DNA of 64,000 nucleotides from the NCBI GenBank assembly GCA_039096225.1, contig JBBPEB010000002.1, forward strand, positions 558,001-622,000. Direction: 5' to 3'. The DNA comes from Blastocystis sp. Blastoise. Taxonomy: Eukaryota > Protista > Bigyra: Opalinata. A model generated the notes under the pieces. That model was not told the DNA's origin. It did no database searches and saw nothing but the letters and a program-made list of their open reading frames with translations. Shown here piece after piece: positions 13,001 through 25,914 of this stretch; the stretch's first letter is position 1; each line of letters begins with the position of its first letter. A program made the translations under genes and the position numbers.

Positions 13001-13200
13001 AAATTTTTTATTATATATATTATATTATTATTATATTTATTATTATTATAATATATAGACTTGTAGATGATTCGTTTTACATATGAACGATAATAATAAC
13101 TCTCATATGTATATATATATATTATATAATATTATAACAATAAATATTTATTTATTTAAATTATACATATTTTAATAATTACTCTATATTTAGGAGGAAA
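10009..13200 (+). pseudogene. Degraded multi-exon low-complexity (N/T/E-rich) gene
   Basis: Many GT…TATAG introns separate coding-like blocks with stops and frameshifts. TTTGTTTTGT follows at 13321. Confidence 0.45.
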
Positions 13201-14799
13201 GAAGTTCGATTAATATGCATATTATATATATTATAATGATATGTTTCTATGTTTATATATATTATTTATTGTCTATTTTATATATCTTTTATTATGTTTT
13301 ATTTATTTATTATTATTAATTTTGTTTTGTAGATATTTAGGAATAATATTATTTATAGAATTCTTTTAGAATAATAGAAAAGGAGTAAACAATAATCTAC
13401 TGAATATTGTATTAAATTATATCCTTTATTATGTCAAAAATAACTTCAATACATTTCAGACATTCTCAATTTATTCAATCACTTATAATAATCTTCAATT
13501 CTTTTTAATAAAACATATTATCAAACAAAAGTTTATAAATTGTAATTCTTATGTTAATAAGTGATTATATTAAATATATTTCTTGACTCTCTATTACCTT
13601 CTTATTATGAATTAAATATTGTTATATGAATACAACTAATAAATATAGTTAATCGGAATTAAAGTTTGTTAAAATAACTATTTTTTTGTTCTATTTAGTC
13701 CGGAAATATGTTGTGATTAAACAGTTAAGATTAATAGACACATAATACATTTATAAATCAATACTACATTCAAATAGACTTTTTAGAAGAGAAAAGGGAA
13801 AATTTTAAAATGTTTTAACCCCTGGAAACCAAGATTTTCTAAAGACTTTTATTATACAAAAAATAAATTGTAAGGGGGAATTTCTCTTTGTTTTTAAGAT
13901 TCATTATTTTCACATATTTATTTTTATTTTTATTTATTTTTCAGATATATTTTATATATTATAAAATGTATATAATTTTTTTTATTTGCTTTATACTCTA
14001 TAGGCTTTATGGTGTGTCAAAATGATTTCAAATAGGTCGTAATTGGTCTTCGTTTTTTAAGGTATGTTTCTTCTTCTTTTATTTTATTCTATTTAGTTAT
14101 CCTATGAGTTGTAGAGTATGGACCAGAAGGAATCCCGTGTTGCTGAAGGTATTTATTTTTACATTCTCTTAGTTATTTTTATTTATTGTCTTATATAGGT
14201 TCAACTGTTGTCTAAGGTCTCCTTGGTCCTTGATTATCTGATTTTAAAGGTATATATTGTTTTTATTTTTTTTTGCAATTAACTATTTGTCTCTTTATAT
14301 AGGTTCTAGGTGTTATCAGTGGTTCCCGTTGGTCAATAACTGCTTAGTGGTTGAAGGTATATTGTTATATTATATATATATATTTTTACATTCTGTTTTT
14401 ATAGTGTTTGCTTTTCTCTCTCAGCTGTCCAAAGGTGATACATAAAGGTATATATTTATATATTGTCTATATTATTATTAGTTCTATCATTTACATATAT
14501 ATAGTCATCCAAAATGATATCAAATTAATCAAAAATAGCACAAATAATTATTATTTTCTTATCTTTCTTGCTATTTTAATTATTATATATTATTTATTTG
14601 TCTTTTGTTATTATATTGTTTATTATCATTCACACAACGATTCAATAAATTGAAAAAAATGACGTTTCTAAAAGAATTCTGAACGAATGATAAGAAAGAC
14701 CATATCCGACAAAAATGACCTAATTTTTGGCTACTCTTTTCGCCTGGCTGAAAAAAATCTTAAATTTTAACAAGCAATAATTTGGATGTAATCGCGAAA

Positions 14800-15243
14800 T
14801 TGTTTCATGGAAATGACCTGATAGTGCAAACAGATATCCACTCATTCTCGTCTTTAAAATGACTTGAATGGTTTAATTAGTGGCAATTTTTGTCTAAATG
14901 TGTAATTTAAAGTCCAAATATTTTTATTAAGAGTGAAATGATTTCGATATCTCTTCGACCTTTTTATTTTAAAAATTTGTTCAAATAATTTATAAATATA
15001 AACAGATAAAATAAATCCTGTAACGTTTAAAAATTAATAAAATAAAAAATGTTGACAGAACACGCAATTGAAGTTTTTTATTAATTTTTCAACATGTCAA
15101 AAACAGGTTTTAATGACTTTTAGGATGGTTTCATAAGTTATCATGATGATCCAGATAGTTTTCATTAAAATTCAAAAGGGTCAAAAGAGAATGTGTCCGA
15201 TATCTCAAAACTTCGTGGATCTATTTTTTTAAAACTTAATATA
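14800..15243 (-). mobile_element. Family A-related Helitron, left half of the element split by the giant Helitron
   Basis: Homologous to about 8860-9294. Ends at AAAACTTAATATA, and the homology resumes at 34822. Confidence 0.7.
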
Positions 15244-18068
15244 TTAATATCCTTAATTTAGTTCTGCAAAAGTACGGTGTCTCACACACTTTCACTATTA
15301 TTGACTTTGTTATTAACTTTTATAAAATAAAAGTAACATCATAAAAACAGGAACACAATTCTAAAAATGACTGTTAAAGAAAATTTTCGAAAACTCTAAA
15401 TTTCTGGCTAAAAAACGCAAAAAACCATTTTCGCACAAAATTTTAACCAAAATTATTGGATTATTTTTATTTTATCCAATATTCTTCATTTTTATAAAAA
15501 CATTTATTTTTTGTTTTTCATTTTTTATTGTTTTCTTATTTTTCCTATATCTACTTACATTCTTTATATTTATTTTTATAAAATTAACTTTTATTGACGA
15601 GTTAGTCTAATGAATAGTTTTGACGGGTAAATTTGTTTATATTTAGAACTTGACAACATATCAATACATACATCACTAACTTTAAACTCTAAAAACATTT
15701 CATATGCAATGATAATGACCTCAACTACTCCTAAACAACAATAAATCTTTTAAATAACGACAAAAGACAAACTGATATCCAACACATTCCTTCTTTATAA
15801 ACTTATTTGAGCTTTAATGTATTTATTTAACTCTATATCCGTCATAAATATGTTTTATATTTTAATAATATGTTTTAAAAGAGAAATATTTGTTTATAAA
15901 AATTTTTCATCTTTGATACCCAATTTTGTTATCATCAGATCTCAGTCAATATTCAACATATAATAAAAATAAAAACATATGTGTAAACAAGACAACCCAA
16001 ATGTCATCCGTTTTTTATATTTTTGTTTAATATTTAATACTGACCGAGATATGTTAATTTATATGAAAAACATAAAATTGAAATTTTTCTAAAAATGGTA
16101 TATTTTGTGATCATCAGTTCTCAGTCAATATTTTATAAAATAAAAAGGTTAAAGGTTATTTAGATATTAGACAACTTAAATGTCATCCATTTTTGTCACT
16201 TTTTCAAAATATTAAAAAATGAAGTCACAGGAGACAATAGTTGAACTCAATAAAAAAATGACGTTCGAAAATTTTGTTAAAATTTTATCATTTGTTTGTT
16301 GTCAATAATTTCATCATTTATAAATATATTTGATATTTGACTCTATATTGAATCACTAAATACCAAAATAAACATATTTAATTATTTTTTATTGTTTTTA
16401 AAAGACTTTGACTACAGATCACCAGACAATGTTAACTTATTAAACTCTTATAACGTTTAAATTAGTGTTTAGAACCACTCATGGATACTATATATCACTT
16501 ATTTACAAAAGTTAAGTAAACATGTTGAACTGATACAGACAATGTTTGTTTTAAAAAGTAAGTTATGAGTCATTATGAGTATAAAATGTCATAAATAAGC
16601 TTTAAATAAATAAATTTGTTTTTAATTGTCTTTAATTAGTGAAATAAATCGTTTAAAAGAAGAAAGCATTTTTGATACTATAGTTTATTTTGACAATTTC
16701 TCCATCAATATTAATTTAAATAAAATAAATAAAACTTATATATAAACTAGATAACATATAGTTTATATATTTATAAAAATAATCTCAAAATATAGAATAA
16801 CCTTTGAGAAAAAAAATTATATATGCAAAACATAAAAATTATTTTTTTTGAAAAAAGGGTATAGCTTATATAATTAATTTCTCAGTCAATATTTAATTAT
16901 TTTTTATATTTTTATCAAATATATATAGAGAATAAACTATATTAACAATATAAGTTTTAATATTTGAGATTACTAAAAAAATGAGTTTAGTAGAGTCAAT
17001 AGTATAACATGTTAAAAAACTGAAAATTGAAAAATCATTTTTCTAAAAATTTTCCGAAAGTTGACAAATCAAATTCATATTTGACAAATAATTTTTACAT
17101 ATTTGATAACTAGACCTTATGTGTATTGCATATTTAAGAAAATTAGTCAAAAATAAGTTAGACGAGTGAATGAGTAAATGGAAATGTTGACTCATAATTT
17201 GTTTTAAAATAGTTGTATGTGTCATAAACAATATGGCGACTAAATTATACAAATATCAGTCATTATATATTAGTATAAAAGTTTAAAATAGTTATAGTTG
17301 TCTGTTTATGTCTCTTAAGCTACGAGATTCAATTCAATAGATCATATCCTATTTTATTACTTAGAATAAAGTCTTATTTGTGGAAATAATTATGGTGGAA
17401 TAAATGCAAAAATGTTAAAATGGGTTTTATTTTTAGAAATGTGAGTATACCACATAGCAGTCGATGCATATGTGGTATTAAATTATTTTAATATAAATAA
17501 ATACTTGGTTCAAGTAAAAAAGTCAATTCATTTATGATAATGTTAAAGCACTTTCATTTATTCAAAATAATTTATACGATAATGTATTAAAACATCGTTT
17601 AATTCATGTCATCATAATAAATTTAAAAATAAAACATTTGGTGTTACCAATTGTTAGATTGTCTTTAATAATGTTAACAAAATGTAATTGTTGTTAATCA
17701 CCTTATTTTATATTGTTTAGTGTTATCTTTCTACTTGATCATATTTTTATATAACGATGTATAAATGAATTATGACTTTTTATATTTGAGATTCATTCAT
17801 TTTTATCAATATGTTTATTTAATCACTTATTAATCGTATTGTATATATTCTTTTAACTAAAAGAAATAATGGTCTTTTGGTTACGCATTGTATCTGATCT
17901 TTAAGAATAATTGTTTTTACAGTCTAACAGTATTTGATTGAATCACCTATTGGTGAACAGTTCCATTAATAATCTAATTATTTTAATGTGTGTATAATAT
18001 AGAAATAAAAGAAATAATTACAATAAGAATATATTAATTCTAAATCTATAAAATTTTCTATTGTGTAC

Positions 18069-18134
18069 TCTATATCAGGGTTTGAACCTGATAGTAATTC
18101 TATTATGAATTACTGCTCCCCTATTGAGCATAGA
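18069..18134 (-). ncRNA. tRNA-like cloverleaf (not a canonical tRNA)
   Basis: TCTAT / GCTC-AATAGGG-GAGC / AGTAATTC-ATAATA-GAATTACT / ATCAGG-TTCAAAC-CCTGAT / ATAGA. Confidence 0.6.
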
Positions 18135-20189
18135 TAATGATAAATATATTATATTATAGAAAAATGTATGAATATATAACTACATAAAACAAAGAATAAT
18201 AAATATGAATAAAAATAATAAAAAAAAGAGATAATAATTAAAAGAAGACATTTATATATATAAAAGGATACTAATAAATGAAGTATAATAAGAAAATGAA
18301 GAACTGATTAACTGTTAATCTGAAAATTGATAAATATCGAATTGAATTGAATAATTTAAAAAAACATACTATATAAATGAAATGAGATATATTAAATGTA
18401 AAATGAGAGTTAAAAAAAGAATAAAAGGAACGAATAATAAATTAAAAGTAAAACAATAATAGAGAAAATAATATTAATAAAAGAATAAAATATAGTGTAA
18501 TTAATTAAATCAATAAAAATAATAGGAAAAACAAAAGAAATTATAATAAAAGAAACAATAATAAAATTTTTAAAAAAACAAACAAAAGACTACAATTGTA
18601 ATTGATAAAGTAGAGTTCTAATAATGATTACTTGAAGTAGTGTTTTGATTCATTAAAACAAGAAGATAAAGATCAAATAATCTAAATATAATAGAAAATA
18701 ATAAGAATAGATAAATTAACTGTAATTAATAATACGAACTAGAATCTTCATCTAAGTTGGAAGAAAACGTTCTGAAATAGTAAATAGGACAGGGAAATCT
18801 GAATCATAACAGGAATTCCTTAATCAACTTTGAAATACATAATTGTAGAACAGGAACAACTCAACGTAACCTAAACCAATTCAGAATCCATTTTCAAAGT
18901 TCAAGGACCAAGTTAAATCACTCAACGACAAGTAGTTTGCAATAGTTACCTATAATTAAGACATAATAATCTAGAATAATAATCGAAAACATCTTAAAAC
19001 AGTAAAATAGTAATAGTCAACATAGAAATCATTTAAAAATGTATAAATACCCTTATATAACATAAAATAAATGAGTATTTAAAAAAAAACAAGTTTCAGA
19101 AATTCTAGAAAAGTCAGTTTAAATAATTGTGAATAATTTAAATTATTGTTTGAAATTTTGATTTTCCCCGTTTATCAATAATAATTGTATATGAAAATAA
19201 GAAAAGATCACTCATATTTAGTTATATATGAATAGCTTTAATAAAGAATATCAAAAGAAGATTCAACAAAAAAAGAAAATGCAGAAGAGACGTTTTCAAA
19301 GTTGGTTTTCTTATATTGTCTTTTTAACTCATTCATTATATAAATATACTATTTTTTGTTTAACTATAGACCAGGACATAAGTAGTCAAAGTACTCTTAT
19401 AGAAGAAGGTATTTTTTTGTATACAATGAAATCTTTCTATACATATTTAAAAATTCTGATCATGATTCCTATTTAGATTCTTGCCAAACTAATGACGGGT
19501 CTTCAGTAGTTATTAACAGTTGTGAAAGTAAATACTAAATATTAAAACCATTATATTTATAGAAAGTAAACAAAATGTTTCCATTTCAGAAATAGATTTC
19601 TCTCAAAAGTCTCTTTGTAACACAGACAATGGTATAAATGGTTTTTAATATCATAATTAGCTTGCTTTTAATATATAAAATATTTTTTCAATATTAAACT
19701 TATATAATATACTATAAATCTATACTACTATTGTTATTATTTTTTATAGATAATTGTTCATCTAAAGAATCGATAAATATTAAAAAAACAATTGTTGACA
19801 AGACTTGTGATAGTATTCCTCTATTATTATATATAATCTTATAAAATAAAGATATTAGTATAGTTGTATCAGTACCTATTCCAGAAAGCATTCCTCCTTT
19901 AGAAAAAGGTATTTATTTATAATAAAAATTTATCTTTTTTCTTAATAAAACATTTCAGAATATTTATATAATATATTACTAGGGTCACGCCGCAGGTCCG
20001 GGGCCTAACGGCACCGGACCGCGGCTGTAATGAATAATAAGTGTTTAGTTTTTATTCACTTTCTTTCCTTATTATCTACTATATATTATATAATATATAT
20101 TATTTATTAAATATTATCTATAATATGTTACTTATTATTTATTATATATTATATATTATATATTATATATATTATTTTATTAACACTTC

Positions 20190-20253
20190 TTATACTCTAT
20201 ATGGAGAGTAATAATCATTTGTTGATTATAATCAGGTTCAATTCCTGATATAA
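20190..20253 (+). ncRNA. tRNA-like cloverleaf with B-box GGTTCAATTCC
   Basis: ACTCT-ATATGG-AGAGT / ATAATCA-TTTGT-TGATTAT / ATCAGG-TTCAATT-CCTGAT, closed by TTAT/ATAA. Confidence 0.6.
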
Positions 20254-21768
20254 TTATTAAATTGATCATTTGAATAGTATCTGAAACACTAAAAATAATA
20301 CTTAAAAAAAGTAAGAAATCGTTTTTGAATCATTATATTTGTTATTTATTATTTTAAAAATATATTTTGTATTTATAAATAGTTGAGTTACTGCTTTAAT
20401 TATTATGGAGTTTCTAAAGCTAATAAATTTAGAAATGGGTCACAATGTTAAGTATTGAAAGTCATTATTATGTAAAATCATTTTAAATAGATTATAATAA
20501 GGTAGTTTACACTTTCTTTAACCATTTCATAAAACTAAAACGAATCTAACACAACAAAGTCAACATTCATTTTCACTTTAACGACTTAAACACATAGTTT
20601 TAGAATTAATATTAATAAAGTCACTCTAAAAAGCATTTCTATACATAAAAGTGTCAACAATATCGCTTGTAAAGAGACTTCACCATTTTGATATCCAGTG
20701 TATCAAAATAGTTTTAGACATAACTTTCACATAGTATAGATCTCATTATGTCATATATTACTTATAGTTGAATGTCTTGAATCTCTGACCTAAAGACCCT
20801 TTTTTATACATTTTGAAAAGTTAACACACTTATAGTTAATTTAAAAAGCTTATATTTTAACACTATGCTCAACATAACTCTATCAATACATTAGCTACCA
20901 TTTTGATACTCTTTATAAACATTTTTCATTTGGTCATACACTTTGTCAAGAGTATTTTTGTCCCTCCTTTTAATATAATTCAGACTATAAATAATAGTTT
21001 GATAAATAAAATGTTTTATATTGAATCTCGTCCTTTGGATAATTCATTTCTACATTTTAAAAAAGTAATCCCTTTAAACTTGTTTTTAAAAGTCAAAATT
21101 TTCATAGTATAACAAAAACACAATTTTAAAAGAATAGACTAACTCTTTAAAATTTCTGAACCACTCAAACACATTGTTAATTCACTTGTGAAAAATGAAA
21201 TTCTCTTATTTTTTAATATGTTGTAGAGTACATATTGTTCTATATTAAACAATTTCTATAATTTTAAATCTCTTAATTTAATAACCTATTTTTTCACATT
21301 TCTTATTGCTTACTATTTTACACATAATTAAATATATAAATGAAAGTGGAGAATACAAAACTTAATAATAACTCAATCATTGATGTAATTATATCGCTAG
21401 TCTATATCAGATTAGGTGATAAATGAATGTTATTATAAATTAAAACAATATTAAGGACCACATACTAATAACATTAACTAATTTCAAAATTATCTTAATA
21501 GTAAGCACAATAAAAATTATAAAAAACGAACAAAACAAAAATAAATAAATAATACTAAGAAAGCAGATAATAGAAAGATATTATCTGTGAAAAAAAAAAT
21601 AATAATAATAAACAAAGCAAAACAAAACAAAACAAAAATAAAATAATATGTTAAGTATGCCAACCAAATTAGAAGAACCTATAGAAATAAAAGATAAATA
21701 TATATATATATACCTTCAGCATTAAAGAACTATTCACACCATCACTATATAGATAAAATATATAGATA

Positions 21769-24510
21769 TCTTATATATAAAGGCAATAGAAGTTGGACAT
21801 TTGTGTCTCAAGTTCACGGACCGTTTATTCTATGATGGTTAAGGTTATGATAATATCCTTTCAGTATGTTATAGATTATGTTCCAAATTTTATTTTAGTT
21901 TTTTTAAATTTTCAAAAATTCCATATCCAAGGCCTCAAAATAGTCCGAGAAGTTTTGCCGACCGTTAGCAAGTTGGCCGTCCTATGAAATCGATTAAAAA
22001 TTTTTGAAAACTCATTCTTATTGGATAAAAAGAACACAAATATCTTTGTCTATTTTCGCGCCAAAAATTTATTGACATGGTCAAAGTTTATACTTCTAAT
22101 CATTTTGTCTTCATTTTTTCAAAAAAATTTCAATTATATTTCTTTTTCTTTTGCAAAACTTTATTTTGTAATTTTTTTATCCAATTTTTTTTATCTTATA
22201 TTTTTAAAATTTCTTTTTTCTTTTTAATTTCTTTTTTTTATATATTTTATTTATTTTTTATATTTATTATTTATAAATTTATTTTATAATTTATAACATT
22301 TTTCGCCACACATAAAAACAACTTTTAAAATATTAGAAACAATTTAGACCAGTAATCAGTTATCAAAGTGACTTAATAGACTTAATTTTAACCTATATAC
22401 ATAAAATAACCTAAATAATGATAATATATAAATCTTTGAAAAAAATTGATCCACAAAGTTTTGAGATATCGGACACATTCTCTTTTGACCCTTTTAAATT
22501 TTAATGAAAACTATCTGGATCATCATGATAACTCATGAAACCATCCTAAAAGTCATTAAAACCTGTTTTTAGCATGTTGAAAAAATTAACAAAAAACTTC
22601 AATTGCGTGTTCTGTCAACATTTTTTATTTTATTAAGTTTTAAACGTTACAGGATTTATTGTAAGTGTTTATATTCATGAATTATTTGAACACATTTTTA
22701 AAATAAAAAGGTCGAAGAGATATCGAAATCATTTTACTCTTAATAAAAATTTTTGGACTTAATATTTGTAGTTTAGACAAAAATCGCCACTCATTGAACC
22801 CATCAGGTTTCTTTCAAGACAAGAATGAGTGGATATCTGTTTGATTGACCCTCATAAAATCAAATTTTGACTTCATATATGAATACAGTGACCTTAATCA
22901 TTCTCAAATATGTCATTATTGCATATTTATGACAACAAAGTTGGTGTATCGGCAGATTTCGACCTCTCTAATTTCGACTTATGACTTCATATTTGGTGTA
23001 AGGATGCCTTATATGTTACATTATGATATTTCATATCTTTAAAGTCTTTTTAAAAAAGGTCAAAAATAGTTAATTGCGACTTTGTACCAAAAAAAGTCGT
23101 CCTAACACACTTTTTAAAAGTCATATTAATAGGTAATATAATATTACATATATATATAAAGTCAAAATATAAAATATCGTTGAATCTCCGGTTCAAAAAT
23201 GAAAAAGAAATTTTGATATTTTTCAAAAATTTTATTTTTATTGTTTTAACTAAGGTCAATTTCAGCCATCATTTTTCTATCAATAAAGTCAATATTTATA
23301 TAATATATAATATGTTTTATTCTGATTATAAATTTGTAAAAATTAGTTCTTAAAAATAAAAATTGACTGAGAAATAAAATTTCAAAGTGGTACGTCTATC
23401 AAAATATTATTTTTTTTTAATACTGTTTCTTTAATATTGTATTCCTATAAACACTATTAATAGGTTGAAAAAAAAAATGCTTTTTAATTACAACGATTTT
23501 ATATATTTATTTATATTAGTGAAAAATTATATTAGTCAAACTACTATTTATTTTTAGTATATATCAAATATAAGTATGATATATATTTTCATATAATAAG
23601 AATTCATTTGAAAAAATCAATAACATATATATTTTTTTATTCATTTTTGTTCTCTTTATAATGTCTTTAAATAAGTGCTTACATATTTATACTATATATG
23701 AAAATAAAAGAATTTAATGACTTAATTTATAAATTTTTAAAAATATAAACAGACATAATTTTGGTTCCATTACTTTTAGACATCTTTATTATTAAATGAG
23801 TTTTTTAGAATACAAATTTTTATTCATAAACAATAATGTATTTTTATTATATATATATAAGTAGATATTAGTGATATGAAATAGTAGTAGTTGAACTTTT
23901 GAATTTTTAAAATTTTAATTCTTTTTTTTTCTATAAAATACAACGCGTTGTTTTTTATAGTTAAAAAAAAAGAATTGAAATTTTAAAAATTCAAAAGTTT
24001 AACTACTACTATTTCATATCACGAAACATATATATTCATTTAAAAAATTGTATATAATCTAAATAAGATCTATTTAGATAGAATATATGCATGATACCAT
24101 AAAATCAATTTGATAAATGAATAAATAGAGTAAAGAATATATATAAACATTTTGATTTAGTCACTGATAACATAAATATTTTAAATTATTTCTTTTATAT
24201 AAAGCAAATAAAACAAAAATATGAATTAATAAAGAAACATTCCCGAAAAAATAATTTAAGAAGAATAACTTGAAAAAATAAATAGAATTATTGTTTATTT
24301 TCATATCATAATATCTTTCTTAGATAAATGTAATTTATATTAGAGAACTATTAAGAAATGTTTTATTTAATGAAACTATTATTAGCCATAAAAATCTTTT
24401 AAAAAGTATGTTTACTTATTTATATGATAGTATATATTTAAAAATTATTTATATAAATTATAAAACTCTAAAGGATACGAAGCATCGGCGAAGCCGATGC
24501 CACCCGCTAG
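21769..24510 (+). mobile_element. Complete non-autonomous Helitron family A (2.74 kb)
   Basis: A|TC start, GCATCGGC-GAA-GCCGATGC hairpin, CTAG|T end. Colinear with 48843-54047. Confidence 0.88.
23871..24022. repeat. ~150-bp palindrome within Helitron A
   Basis: GTGATATGAAATAGTAGTAG…ACAACGCGTTGT…CTACTACTATTTCATATCAC. Second copy at 50963-51115. Confidence 0.85.
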
Positions 24511-25663
24511 TTTATTTAAATTTGGCAACCTTAAACTATTTATTTAAAGCTCTTATTCATAGAATAGACTAAATACATGATTCTAAACATATATAGAAAC
24601 CCTTTTACTTTTTAAGACACATTATGTCATTTGGTCATACACTTTGACCATCATAATTTTGACTCTCCTTTTAACATAGAATAGAGTATTATCTCTAGTT
24701 TATTAAATAAAAGTCATTATATTGAATCTCTTACTCTAAGACCACTTAATTCACATTTTTCAAAATTGTGACACTCAAACTCATTATTTTAAGACTTTGT
24801 TTTAACTATAGTAGTTTGAGGACCTATTGATTACTATGATACAATATTAGTCAATTATAAGAAGATCAAAGAAAATATCGATCACTCAAAAATCGTCCTC
24901 AGGAGCTGAAAATTGGTACACCTAGGTTTTTGGACCTCCTGAATCAGAATATGATGTCAAAATAAGAATCTAAATTTGACCGTTAAGGCCTCACGTGTTC
25001 AATATGAAAAAGTATTAAAAAATAGATAAATATAAAGAATAAACACGGATAACGTATATTGTGGGATTGAGAAAAAATCAAGTTTACCACATGTTTATTT
25101 TTCAATTGTCTGGTCAACAATTTTTATCGGGATGATCCCAAAGAGCCAATCAAAAACGACTCAAAAATCATGTTTTCTGTTCTTTTATTAATATCTTTTT
25201 AATTATAAACAATATAGCTTAACCAAATATACGGTGCACAACTACATGTTATATCGTATTGAACTGTGTTTCAACGAAAAGTTAACTCCCCGTAAGTTTA
25301 GAGGAGTTGTGGGTACAAACTCTAGTATATAGTAGCCAATCAAATGAATTTTCCAAAAACTGACCAATGGAAATTTTTTTGCCTATTTGCTTTATAATAG
25401 TAATGATAATGTTTTTTAAGTCTTATATCATATAAAAATAATTAACTTCTATATAGAAAGTGCTTCATGTTCCAAAGAAATAAATAATAATGAAAGTATT
25501 AAAAATACAATAAATATATATAAACATAATTATTATATAGAAATTATTGAATTTCCTAAAAAAAATAAAAAATAAAAAAGTATTTTATTATTTATAAAGG
25601 AAACTATATACATAGAAGACGTTAGTTGTCCTTCATCCTCGATTATAATTAGTGATAGTATAT

Positions 25664-25697
<34 letters not shown>

Positions 25698-25853
25698 TTC
25701 ATTATTATTATTCACTTTCTAGAAGATAACCTATCTAAAGACATGAATGATACAACAAAAAGTATATATTATCTATAATGAAATATTTTCTATTTATATA
25801 TATGTTTATAGATGATAATACAAGTTCTAAACCAGTGAAAGCAAATACTGAGA

Positions 25854-25914
<61 letters not shown>

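Larger units (their letters stand above)
19979..25406 (-). mobile_element. Non-autonomous Helitron family B (composite, contains a family A copy)
   Basis: Minus-strand 5' TCATTACTATTATAAAG at 25406. GC hairpin plus CTAG at 19979. Both halves are homologous to 42265-45032. A|T target. Confidence 0.7.

Noticed and set aside
18069-18134. Canonical tRNA-Met (CAT near the loop)
   Set aside because: 8-bp stem with a 6-nt loop, no linker bases, a short acceptor stem, and the loop is not conserved in paralogs.
21793-23259. Recurring 60-90-aa ORFs (MDICVSS…, MDKKNTN…, MNPSCFF…)
   Set aside because: Chance frames in copies of noncoding Helitron A, with F/I/L-rich composition and mostly non-ATG starts.
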